NCBI GenBank assembly: GCA_965277805.1
Contig: OZ255842.1
Coordinates: forward strand, 1,824,001 to 1,888,000
DNA: 64,000 nucleotides
Direction: 5' to 3'
DNA from: Candidatus Lustribacter sp.
GTDB lineage: Bacteria; Vulcanimicrobiota; Vulcanimicrobiia; Vulcanimicrobiales; Vulcanimicrobiaceae
In this document: positions 9,642 to 18,245 of the stretch, in pieces
Numbering within the stretch: position 1 is the first letter of the stretch
How the letters are laid out: each line of letters starts with the position of its first letter
Translations under genes and position numbers: made by a program
Notes under the pieces: model-generated
What the model was told of the DNA's origin: nothing
What the model saw: the letters and a program-made list of their open reading frames with translations, nothing else
Database searches by the model: none

Positions 9642-10556
9642 ATGATGCCGTACTACCAGCACTTCGGGCTGGACCGGGATCCGTTTCTCGACACCGCGGA
9701 CCCCCATTTTTATCGTTCGACCGGCAATCTCGCCCACGCGAAGAATCGCCTCGTGCAGTCGATTGAACAGTCGCGCGGTCTCATGATCGTCGTGGGCGAT
9801 CCGGGCACGGGCAAAACCAGCCTGGCCGGCGCGATCGAGCGGGAATTGCTCAACCGCGAAAACGTCCGCTTGGGCAAGATCCTCGATCCGAGCTTTGCCG
9901 GCGATATCGAATTCCTCGTGACGATCGGTCGGGCATTCGGCTTGGCGTTTCCGCCGCGCTCGCCGGCAGCGCTGAAGAACGCGCTCAAGAACTTCTTCTA
10001 CGACGCGGCAGTGGTCGAGGGATCGACCGTGGCGCTGTTCATCGACGAGGCGCAAAATCTCAGCGATGAGAACCTCGAAACGCTGCGTCTGCTGCTGAAT
10101 TTTGACGTCCCCGAGCGCAAGCTGCTCAACATCGTGCTCTTCGGACAGAGCGAATTCCGCGACCAGGTGAACAAACGCCGCAACCTTGCCGATCGCGTCG
10201 CGGGCTGGATCGATCTGGCGGCCCTGGGGCCGGCCGATACCCGCGCCTTGCTGGCCCATCGCCTGGCGCGCGCCGGCGGCGGCGGCGACCTCAGCATGAC
10301 CTTCGCTGCCGACGGGCTCGATCTGATCATCGAGACCTCGCTCGGCACGCCGCGCCGGCTCCTGACGCTGGCCCACGCAACGCTCGAAGAAGCCGCGCTG
10401 CGCGGCCACCCGCGGGCGCTGCTGGTCGACGCCGAAGCCGCGATCCGCAGCCGCGGCATGCGCGCCGAGACCCCGGCTGCGGCCGAGGAACGCCCGGCAA
10501 CCGAATCGGAGAAAACGAACCGCCGCTGGCCCTGGCTCGCGTTCCGATTCCCATAG
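9642..10556 (+). CDS. ExeA/GspA-family AAA ATPase (no peptidoglycan-binding domain)
   Basis: YYQHFGL..PF, Walker A GDPGTGKT, Walker B FIDEAQNL, LRLL, LFGQ.E, GTPR. Confidence 0.88.
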   Translation: MMPYYQHFGLDRDPFLDTADPHFYRSTGNLAHAKNRLVQSIEQSRGLMIVVGDPGTGKTSLAGAIERELLNRENVRLGKILDPSFAGDIEFLVTIGRAFGLAFPPRSPAALKNALKNFFYDAAVVEGSTVALFIDEAQNLSDENLETLRLLLNFDVPERKLLNIVLFGQSEFRDQVNKRRNLADRVAGWIDLAALGPADTRALLAHRLARAGGGGDLSMTFAADGLDLIIETSLGTPRRLLTLAHATLEEAALRGHPRALLVDAEAAIRSRGMRAETPAAAEERPATESEKTNRRWPWLAFRFP

Positions 10557-10587
10557 TGGATCCGCACGCGTAGTGGATCCCAACGCG
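10554..10587 (+). repeat. 17-bp tandem duplication of a stop/start junction
   Basis: tagtggatccgcacgcg / tagtggatcccaacgcg (15/17 identical). Confidence 0.85.
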
Positions 10588-12153
10588 ATTGAGGAGCTCT
10601 TCGAGCGGAACGCGGATATGCGGCTGCTCGAATTCCGCCATAACGAGCCCGGCAAAGGCGCGCCCCCGAACAGGCGGACCCCCACGACGTTCGGCGCCGA
10701 GTCGATCATGGCCAGCACGCCCGACGCGATCATCGAGAAAGCGCCGCGGCTGCGCGTCACGATCGCGGCAGCACCCGCATCCGGCGTCATCCCGGGCGCC
10801 GTCGTGGGCGTCGCGATCGACGTCTTCAACGACGGCAACGCACCGGCACCGGAGTCGAAGCTGCTCGTTTCGGTGCCGATCGAATCCGAATTTCGCACCG
10901 GCACCCTGCGCGTCGACGGCCGCGAAGTCCAAGCCCCGGAGCAGCTCTTCGGTTCGGGCCTGCCGATCGCGCGGCTCCCCGGTGCGACGTCGCTCAAGGT
11001 GACGTTCCAGCTCGCCATTCTGCCCGGTGTCAACGCGCTCTATCTGCAGCCACGTCTGCAAACCGACGGCGTGCCCGTAGTGGGCACTCCCGGCATGTCG
11101 ATCAAGCGCGGCGTGACGGCCGGCCCCAGCGAGACGCCACGCCCCTTCTACGAGCTCGACGACGAAGAAGCCGAGGAAGTGGCCGCGGAGTCGGCCGAGC
11201 CGATTCTGCCGCCGGTCTTGCCGGTCGTCGTCGAAACCGTCGCCGAACCCGTGGCCGTGGTGGAACCGCCGCCCGTGGTGGAACCGCCGCCCGTTGTTGA
11301 ACCGCCGCCCGTCGTTGAACCCCCGCCGGCGATCGAACCGCCCGCGGCCCCGCCGCCCCCCGCCCCGGTTCGCACCGCGCGCGTGCGTGCTGCGGCCACG
11401 AAACCGGCGCCCGCACCGCCGCCGGCGCTGCCGCTGGCCGAACCCGAACCGGCGGCCGCAGCGAAGCCCGCCCCCGCACTCGCGCCGAAGGCGCCGCCGC
11501 GACCGGCCGCTGCAGCCGAAGAGCGCATGATCCGCTACCGCTCGATCGGCGTCAGCGACATCGGTCTGCTCGAGCGGCTGTTCGCGAGCGATCCGCCGGG
11601 CGTGATCGCGCACTTCATCATGATTTCGAGCATCGCGTGCACCGAGCCGGGAAGCGGCGAAGACACGAGCGGCTATGCGCTCTTCTTGCGCCGCGACATC
11701 GAGTTGCTCGGACGGGCGCTCGTGCATTCCCGCATGGGGAAAGCGCCGCAATACCGGATCGCACAAGGCGATCTCGACGGTCTCTTGCTCACCTGGGACG
11801 ACGCGCCGCAGCAAGCCTTCCCGCCGCAACGGCGCTTGCGCCGCGACTTGCGCAAGCCCGAGCTGGCGGCGATCGGGAAACTGATGCAATCGTCCGAACG
11901 CGACGCCTCGCTGCGCACGCGCATCGCCCTGCTCGCGCTCGCGGGCACGGCGCTCGACGGCACGGAGAAACGCGCGGCCGCCGCATGCACGACCGCGCTG
12001 CGCGGATATTGTTCGGCTGCGCTCGCGTGGCTCGTTCCGCTGTGCGTCGCCTCGGCCGGAGCGGAGGCATTCGTCGTGCCCAACGCGCCGCCGGCGCTCG
12101 ATGATGCCGGCCGCAAACTCGTCGCCGCACTCAAGGCCGCAATCACGTCGTGA
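10573..12153 (+). CDS. Hypothetical protein: DUF11/Ig-like beta domain, Pro-rich linker, helical C-terminal domain
   Basis: PGAVV..IDVFNDGNAPA..P..F..GTLRVDG pattern resembles DUF11; GTGA overlap with the next gene. Confidence 0.7.
   Translation: MDPNAIEELFERNADMRLLEFRHNEPGKGAPPNRRTPTTFGAESIMASTPDAIIEKAPRLRVTIAAAPASGVIPGAVVGVAIDVFNDGNAPAPESKLLVSVPIESEFRTGTLRVDGREVQAPEQLFGSGLPIARLPGATSLKVTFQLAILPGVNALYLQPRLQTDGVPVVGTPGMSIKRGVTAGPSETPRPFYELDDEEAEEVAAESAEPILPPVLPVVVETVAEPVAVVEPPPVVEPPPVVEPPPVVEPPPAIEPPAAPPPPAPVRTARVRAAATKPAPAPPPALPLAEPEPAAAAKPAPALAPKAPPRPAAAAEERMIRYRSIGVSDIGLLERLFASDPPGVIAHFIMISSIACTEPGSGEDTSGYALFLRRDIELLGRALVHSRMGKAPQYRIAQGDLDGLLLTWDDAPQQAFPPQRRLRRDLRKPELAAIGKLMQSSERDASLRTRIALLALAGTALDGTEKRAAAACTTALRGYCSAALAWLVPLCVASAGAEAFVVPNAPPALDDAGRKLVAALKAAITS
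11257..11343 (+). repeat. In-frame 18-bp tandem repeat encoding (VVEPPP)x4 plus a partial unit
   Basis: gtggtggaaccgccgccc x2, gttgttgaaccgccgccc, gtcgttgaacccccgccg, gcgatcgaaccgccc. Confidence 0.9.
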
Positions 12154-12929
12154 CCGAGCGTCGCGTGCTGCTCGGCATCGCGAGCGCCGGCTCTCCAACC
12201 AAGCCGTTTCTCGACTCGCTCGCGCAACTGAAACTTCCCGATAACGTGGTGCCGCTCAAGCGCAGCATCGCGGTCGGCAATTTCATTCCGGCGCAACGCG
12301 AGCTCATTATGAGCGACGCGGTCGCGGAAGACTTCGACTACCTCTTCTTCGTCGACGACGACATCGAATTGCCCGAACGCGCCTTGACGATGCTCGTCGA
12401 AACGGCCGAAGCCGATCCGTCGGCCGCCGTCGTGGGCGGGCTGTATTACAGCCGCGACTCGGCGCGTCCGATGGCCGTCGATGACTGGGACTCGGCCGAC
12501 ACATCATCAGCGCACATTCCCGCCTTCACGTCGGCTTCGACGTCGACCGTCGCGGGCGTGGGCTTCGGCTGCGCGCTGTTGCGCGTGGCGGTTGCCAAGA
12601 CGTTCAAGCCGCCGTATTTTCCCGCGCATATCTACATCGAACTTGCGGCGCGGCGCGCGCGCCAGTGCGACGAGGATTACTTATACTGCGAGCGCGTTCG
12701 CAAAGCGGGCTACGTCGTACGTCTCGACGCGCGCGTGCGCTGCAACCACTACGACCGCGCGAGCGACACGTTCGCGCCGCTGGCGTGGGAAGACGATGCC
12801 GCGACCGCGGCGCCGCGCATGATCGTGAGCGCGGGCAACGGCACGCAGCTCGTGGCGCTCGACGCGTCCGCGCCGCGCGTCGTCGAACGCCACCTCGCAG
12901 CCGACGTTACGTATATAACCGTCGACTAA
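12150..12929 (+). CDS. GT-A fold glycosyltransferase
   Basis: YLFFVDDDI (DxD), VVGGLY, GFGCALL, DEDYLYC, CNH. Confidence 0.8.
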   Translation: MTERRVLLGIASAGSPTKPFLDSLAQLKLPDNVVPLKRSIAVGNFIPAQRELIMSDAVAEDFDYLFFVDDDIELPERALTMLVETAEADPSAAVVGGLYYSRDSARPMAVDDWDSADTSSAHIPAFTSASTSTVAGVGFGCALLRVAVAKTFKPPYFPAHIYIELAARRARQCDEDYLYCERVRKAGYVVRLDARVRCNHYDRASDTFAPLAWEDDAATAAPRMIVSAGNGTQLVALDASAPRVVERHLAADVTYITVD

Positions 12930-12934
12930 GCGGG

Positions 12935-13288
12935 TTAGCTCGTGACGTCGAGCAGCGACGAGCGGCGTTCGCGGTTCACGCTCTTCGAAAACGACTGAAA
13001 GCGGCCCATCGTGGACAAGCGCGTCGCACACGCTTCGTTGAACGCCTTGAGGCGCTTGAGCTGCGCGTCGCGATACTTCACCAAGCGGTTCACGCGCTTC
13101 ATGATCGGATCGTAATCTTCCGTCGACAGTTTGGCTTCGTTGATGGAGATGTCGAGCTCGTGTGTGAGCACGCGCTGCTTGCGCCACGACGCTTCACACG
13201 CTTCCCAGTTCCGGCTCGCGATCGCCTTGTCGACAGCCAAGCACTCGCGCTCGAGAGCGACGATGAGTTCGACCGGCGGGCGAATCAT
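12935..13288 (-). CDS. FliT-like flagellar chaperone (putative)
   Basis: 117-aa helical protein directly after fliS with ATGA overlap; assigned mainly from position. Confidence 0.5.
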   Translation of the reverse strand: MIRPPVELIVALERECLAVDKAIASRNWEACEASWRKQRVLTHELDISINEAKLSTEDYDPIMKRVNRLVKYRDAQLKRLKAFNEACATRLSTMGRFQSFSKSVNRERRSSLLDVTS

Positions 13289-13713
13289 ACCACGGCGACG
13301 TCTTGGCGGGGTTCGTCGGCGGCGAATTCCATCTTGTAGCGGCGGACGGCTTCAGCCCAGGCATCGCGGATCATGACCATCTGCGGCAGCACGCCCTCGG
13401 CCAGCGCGACGTCGCCCTTCATGTTCGCCTCAACCAGCTGGCGATACCAGAACTGATAGAGCGCGGCATTGCTCTGTGCGAGCTCGCCGCCCAGCTCGAA
13501 GTCGATCGCATCGACCGCGGCGCCGCACGCGCGCTGCGCCGAGCGCAAGTAGTTATGCCGCGACTGAATGTCGCTCGGCTCGGTCTTCATGCGCTCGATC
13601 GCCTTGCGCGTGAAGAGCACGATGGCATCGAAAATCTTGACCATCAGATCTTCTTTGGAAGCGGTCGAAATCGACGCTTCCAAATACTTCATCGATGGGG
13701 ATACAACGCTCAC
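13285..13713 (-). CDS. fliS: Flagellin export chaperone FliS
   Basis: YLEASISTASKEDL, DFELGGELAQS..LYQF..LVEAN, IRDAW. Confidence 0.9.
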   Translation of the reverse strand: MSVVSPSMKYLEASISTASKEDLMVKIFDAIVLFTRKAIERMKTEPSDIQSRHNYLRSAQRACGAAVDAIDFELGGELAQSNAALYQFWYRQLVEANMKGDVALAEGVLPQMVMIRDAWAEAVRRYKMEFAADEPRQDVAVV

Positions 13714-13721
13714 GTTTTAGC

Positions 13722-15773
13722 CTAGTGTCCGATCGCGGCGATTTGGCCTTGCAGTGCCTGCAGCTCGGCGATTTGCGATTCACTCGCCGTGAACTGCGCG
13801 CGCAACTGATCGGCCTGCTGCGTCGCTTCGTTGTTGATCAGCGTGATTTGCTGCTGCAACGAATCGATCTGCTGGTTGTTGGTATCGGTCAAACTCGTCA
13901 GCAACACGCTGGCGAGATTGTCCGGCGTTACGACGCTGTTGGAAAGAAACGTTGCCAAACCATCGACGTTGGCGAGTGCGGAGCCGAACAGGTACGCGAA
14001 CCCGTAGGCCGCACCGGCGACCGGTTGCGCTCCGGCTTTGTTGCTCGTGAGCTGCGGGGCGAGCGTGAACAAACTTTGGACGGCGGTGGGATTCGCCGAG
14101 TAGGCTGCCTCGAACGCCGTGGTATCGAGGGCCGCAAGCTTTCCGCTCGTCGAATTGACGGTGAAGCTCGTGTCGTTGGTCGAGCTGCTGCTCGAGCTGG
14201 TGTCGTCATCACTCGTCGTACCGACCGACTGCTGTGCTGTGTCGAGCGTGATGCCCACGCTTTGCAGAGAGTTGTACGCGGTCGACCCCGACGGGATGAA
14301 GCCGCTGACGAGGTTCACGAGGTTGTCGCGCAGTTCGGAGACTTGATAGTTGTTGTACAGCACGCCGCCGCCGGTGCTTTGCGAGGACGACGTCCCGGTC
14401 GTGGCATCCGTACCGGCGGAAACGGTCGGCGCCGCGGTGTCGGTGTTCAACTCCGTGATCGCGGCGTTGTACGCCTTGATGAACGTGTTGATCGCAGCTT
14501 CGGCTTTGGTCGGGTCGGCGGCAACGGTGACCGTGTAGAACGTCGAGCTCGCCGAGCCGCCGGAGTTCGTTACCTTGAGGTCGATGCCCGGGATGGCATT
14601 CGTGAAATCGTTGGTCGCGCTGTAGACCGTGTGCTGTCCCGACTGATCGGTGTACGTCAAGCTGGCTTGGGTACCGGCCGAGGTCGTGCCGGTCTTGAGA
14701 CCCGCAGCGGTGAGGAAGTTACTCGTGTCGAGCGATGCACCCAGCAAGATGCTCTGCGGACCCGGAGTGTCGCTCACGAGCTCAATCGACGAGGTCTCAG
14801 AGTTATAGCTCGCCGTTACGCCGGCGGCCGAGCTGTTGATCTGCGTGATGAGATCGGCCAGCGTATTTTTGGTCGGGTCGACCGTGAACTGCACGCCGTT
14901 GATCGTGAACGTTCCGGCCGTGACGGCCGTTGCGAAACCGGCATTGTTGTCCTGATTGAGGACCGAGTTTGCGTTGATACCCGCGATGTCCGACGAACTG
15001 GTGATCACGCCGCCGCTGAGTTGCGCCGAATCCAACTTGAGGACCGACTCGAGATTGCCCTGATCGCCGCCGCTGCCGATCGTGGTCACACCGGTCAGCG
15101 TGACCGTTCCGTTCGCGTTCAGCGTGGCGGTGCCGCCGTCGTTCGCTTGGAGCGCGGAGTTGATATTGGCAACGATCGCTTCGATCGACTGCGTGTCGAC
15201 GTTGTAAGCAACGGCGACGCCGTTGATCGTGAACTGTCCTTGAGCGCCGGTTCCGTTGCTCGGAACGATGGCCGTGCCCTGATTCGACAATACGATTTGG
15301 GGCGCCGGGAGCGGCGGTTGGACCAAGGGACCCGGGATGAGCGCCGCGTTCGCGTTCGGGTTGTTGACGATCGTCGTCGAGGTCGCTGCGGTCTGCGCGT
15401 TGATCGTGTAGGTGCCGGCGATCGGCGTTTGGCCTTTGATCTGCGAGGCGCTCGCTGCGGGCGATCCACTCGACGTATTCGAGACGTTAGCCGAGAACGC
15501 GCCGAACACGGTCGGATCGGACAACGCGGTCAGCGAGTCTTGCACCGAACCGATGAGGTTCGTGATCTTCAGCAACGCGGTGTTTTGCGCGTTCAGGTTG
15601 GTGATTTGCGTCTTGACGGGCTGCTCTTGGAGCAGCGTGTCAGCGGTGTACTTCTCGATGATCGAATTGTAATCGATACCCGACGAGACGCCGGGGAAGC
15701 TCACCGGCGGGGCGTTGCCTAACGTCCCCGACGTTGCAGAGGTACCTGATGAGACACCGGAGGTTGAGGACAC
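13722..15773 (-). CDS. fliD: Flagellar filament cap protein FliD
   Basis: GVSSGIDYNSII N-terminus, N.FTNAIPGIDL, FIKAYN, LRAQFTASE C-terminus. Confidence 0.93.
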   Translation of the reverse strand: MSSTSGVSSGTSATSGTLGNAPPVSFPGVSSGIDYNSIIEKYTADTLLQEQPVKTQITNLNAQNTALLKITNLIGSVQDSLTALSDPTVFGAFSANVSNTSSGSPAASASQIKGQTPIAGTYTINAQTAATSTTIVNNPNANAALIPGPLVQPPLPAPQIVLSNQGTAIVPSNGTGAQGQFTINGVAVAYNVDTQSIEAIVANINSALQANDGGTATLNANGTVTLTGVTTIGSGGDQGNLESVLKLDSAQLSGGVITSSSDIAGINANSVLNQDNNAGFATAVTAGTFTINGVQFTVDPTKNTLADLITQINSSAAGVTASYNSETSSIELVSDTPGPQSILLGASLDTSNFLTAAGLKTGTTSAGTQASLTYTDQSGQHTVYSATNDFTNAIPGIDLKVTNSGGSASSTFYTVTVAADPTKAEAAINTFIKAYNAAITELNTDTAAPTVSAGTDATTGTSSSQSTGGGVLYNNYQVSELRDNLVNLVSGFIPSGSTAYNSLQSVGITLDTAQQSVGTTSDDDTSSSSSSTNDTSFTVNSTSGKLAALDTTAFEAAYSANPTAVQSLFTLAPQLTSNKAGAQPVAGAAYGFAYLFGSALANVDGLATFLSNSVVTPDNLASVLLTSLTDTNNQQIDSLQQQITLINNEATQQADQLRAQFTASESQIAELQALQGQIAAIGH

Positions 15774-15775
15774 GA

Positions 15776-16228
15776 TTAAACCTTCTTGTTGACGACGCTG
15801 CCGTCAAGATGATCGAAGTATTTTGCGAGAGCGATCATTGTTTCGCTCGGGAACTGAACGATTACCTTACCGGTACTCTTATCAGTGAACACCGTCACGA
15901 TCTCGTTGGGATCGGTTTCAACTTGGAACGACACCGATACGTTCTGTTCTTGCGCGTTGAACAGCACCGCGACGCCTTTGGCCAGCGACGGATCGGTGCC
16001 GTCCTTCGAATTCTTCGAAGTCGCGGGAAGTGTTGCCAAACCGGGCGTCGGCCCGATCGAAATTCCGACGCCGCCGCTGTTGGACTGGCTGTCGGATTTC
16101 GCTGCGGGAGCTACGCTCGGCGTCGAAGCTGCTGGCACCGCCGGCGCGGGTGCCGATGCGGGGGCCGGGGTGGCGGCGGGCGCGACCGGCCAAATCTGTG
16201 TGCTTGCGACAGCGCTCTGAACGTCCAT
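15776..16228 (-). CDS. flaG: Flagellar protein FlaG
   Basis: C-terminal F.V..D..TGKVIVQFPSE..G..VNKKV; SD AGGAGG. Confidence 0.85.
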   Translation of the reverse strand: MDVQSAVASTQIWPVAPAATPAPASAPAPAVPAASTPSVAPAAKSDSQSNSGGVGISIGPTPGLATLPATSKNSKDGTDPSLAKGVAVLFNAQEQNVSVSFQVETDPNEIVTVFTDKSTGKVIVQFPSETMIALAKYFDHLDGSVVNKKV

Positions 16229-16250
16229 GTTCGGAACCTCCTATGATCAG

Positions 16251-16277
16251 ATATCGGCGGTAAAGACCCTGACTTTA
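16251..16277 (-). promoter_or_regulatory. sigma28 (FliA/SigD) promoter for flaG-fliD-fliS
   Basis: TAAA-N15-GCCGATAT. Confidence 0.9.
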
Positions 16278-18245
16278 GACTGCCTGCACGATCTTAGCAT
16301 AGCAAGCGATGATCGCTGCAGCCGCCGAACCCAGGCGCTCGCGGGCGAATTCGCCGACGGTTGAGATGCCCGGATCGGCGCGAACGGAGGCTTCCCACGC
16401 GCCGCCGAGCCCGCGCATCGTGCTCGCCTTGTCAGCAGGATCGACCGTCCAGAAGTGGCCCGCCGGCAGGTCGACCCAGCGGGTGTTCGAGCAGACCACT
16501 GCCGCGCCGTAAGCCGCCGCCGTGAGCAGCCGGCCGTGACCGCGCGTGGTCCAGGCCGCGTCGGCGACGACCGACGCCGTCCGGTAGAGCGAGGCGAGCA
16601 GCTCGGCCGGGGGCTCGCTGATCAGCGTGACCCGCGCCGGCGCGAACTCCCGCAGCCGCTCGGCGTAGACGGGGTCGGCCACGGGGCCGGCAAAGACCAG
16701 CGGGAATCCGGCCTCACCCGCCGCGCGAGCGAGGACGAGCTGATTTGCTTCGGGCCAAATCGGGGCGTGAACGAGGATGAACGGGTCGCTACCGGTCAGC
16801 GCGCCGACCGGCACGGAAGCCCCGGAGGCCGTCGGCAGAGGCGGGACGATGAACGTGGGCCGGCGCGGGCGGAGCGCTTCCACGACGGCCAATTCGGCCG
16901 CGGAATTCACCATGACGACGTCGGCCATGGCGAGCACGCGCTCGGAGTCGGCCAGTCCGGCGATGGCCGGAGCGTAGGGCTCGCCCGCGCCGATTCCGTC
17001 GACTTCCACCGCCCGCCGCGCCAGCATGTCGAGATAGGCGCTCACGCTGCGGTCATCGGCCGAGTAGCCGAAGCAATAGGGTGCCGTGATCGCGCCCCAG
17101 TAGCCGCCGGCCTGCGGTGATTCGTGGAAGGCGTGCACGACGAGGGGACGGCGCGCGTCGCTCGCCCATTGTGCGACGTGGCGCGCATAGCCGCCCGGGC
17201 GGACGCCGAAGAGATGCACGAGCTCGGGGCCGAATGCGGCGAGCCCCGCGATGTTGCTGACGACCTCGACCGCGAAGCCCTCGCGGCGCAGCGCTTGCGC
17301 CAGCGCGCCGGCCTCCTCGGTGTCGGAATCGGGCGCTTGGGCGGCGTCGGGCCGCACGGCGATCGCGATTCGCCCGGCCGAACGGCCGACCGGCGCTCCG
17401 GGGTCGACGTCGGGCAGCAGCCGCTCGAACGGCTCCCGCGTCCCGCTTACGCGGAACTCCGCCGCCGCCGCTCTGCCGCCAAGGTCGAACGCCAGCATCA
17501 CATCGGCCGGCAGCGGATCCGCGATGCCCACGCGCATACCCGGCGCACTTTCATCGGTGCGAACGACCCGGCCGGCCGCGACGGGCGCCGGCCCATCGCC
17601 GACCGCGACATCGAACGACGCAAGCGCCGCCGGCTCGGCGAAATCACCATACCACGCGCGCGCATCAGCATCGGCGCCGGCGGACGGTACCACGAGCGTC
17701 TCGGCGATGTCGCCCAGAAACGCGGCGCACTCGATGGCTTGGGAACCGTAGGCGATCGCGTTTTTCTTGAACGCGAAGCGCCGCGCGTACACCGCCGCGG
17801 CAACGCGCGGCAGCGCCGTCGAAAGCGGCGCGGCACCGAAGAAGCCGCGGCTACGTGCCCGCTCGAACACCGCGGTGTCGCCGTAGCGAAAGACGTCTTC
17901 ACGCCAAAATCCGCCGCTGAGCGCACGTCGCTCGAGGTCGGGAAAGACGCGTTCCACGATGGCGCCGGCGTGCGCGTCGCTGAGCACGCCCAGAACGGCC
18001 TGCGGGAAGACCAGCGGATCCGTCTCGCGCAGTTCGAGTTGCGCGAGATCCACGTACACCATCGGGATCGTAACGCAGCGGTCACCGCTGCAAAAATGCA
18101 AATCGGCCAACACGGCGGGTTCGCGGCCGCGTGTAACCGGTTCGACGCGGAGCGCGGCGAGATGCTCGACGCGCGCGAGCTCGCGCAACACGTCGGTGCG
18201 CCACGCCCACGGCTGCAAGGCCGGGAAAACGCGATGCAGCCTCAT
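16275..18245 (-). CDS. Multidomain protein with degenerate methyltransferase-like and GT4 (GT-B) domains
   Basis: ELVHLFG, VMVNSAAE, ANQL.LARAA, LVFAGP, LASLYRTA..A, AAAYGAAVVCS resemble GT4, but the catalytic ExxGxxxxE is replaced. Confidence 0.65.
   Translation of the reverse strand: MRLHRVFPALQPWAWRTDVLRELARVEHLAALRVEPVTRGREPAVLADLHFCSGDRCVTIPMVYVDLAQLELRETDPLVFPQAVLGVLSDAHAGAIVERVFPDLERRALSGGFWREDVFRYGDTAVFERARSRGFFGAAPLSTALPRVAAAVYARRFAFKKNAIAYGSQAIECAAFLGDIAETLVVPSAGADADARAWYGDFAEPAALASFDVAVGDGPAPVAAGRVVRTDESAPGMRVGIADPLPADVMLAFDLGGRAAAAEFRVSGTREPFERLLPDVDPGAPVGRSAGRIAIAVRPDAAQAPDSDTEEAGALAQALRREGFAVEVVSNIAGLAAFGPELVHLFGVRPGGYARHVAQWASDARRPLVVHAFHESPQAGGYWGAITAPYCFGYSADDRSVSAYLDMLARRAVEVDGIGAGEPYAPAIAGLADSERVLAMADVVMVNSAAELAVVEALRPRRPTFIVPPLPTASGASVPVGALTGSDPFILVHAPIWPEANQLVLARAAGEAGFPLVFAGPVADPVYAERLREFAPARVTLISEPPAELLASLYRTASVVADAAWTTRGHGRLLTAAAYGAAVVCSNTRWVDLPAGHFWTVDPADKASTMRGLGGAWEASVRADPGISTVGEFARERLGSAAAAIIACYAKIVQAV

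Noticed and set aside
11257-11343. Possible CRISPR-like array
   Set aside because: Contiguous in-frame coding repeats with no spacers and no cas genes
9198-12198. 611-aa and 623-aa minus-strand ORFs
   Set aside because: Shadows of the exeA operon and an off-frame overlap with rfbF; no recognisable domains
13695-15722. 675-aa plus-strand ORF
   Set aside because: Antisense shadow of fliD; Arg-rich with no motifs, as expected from high-GC codon bias
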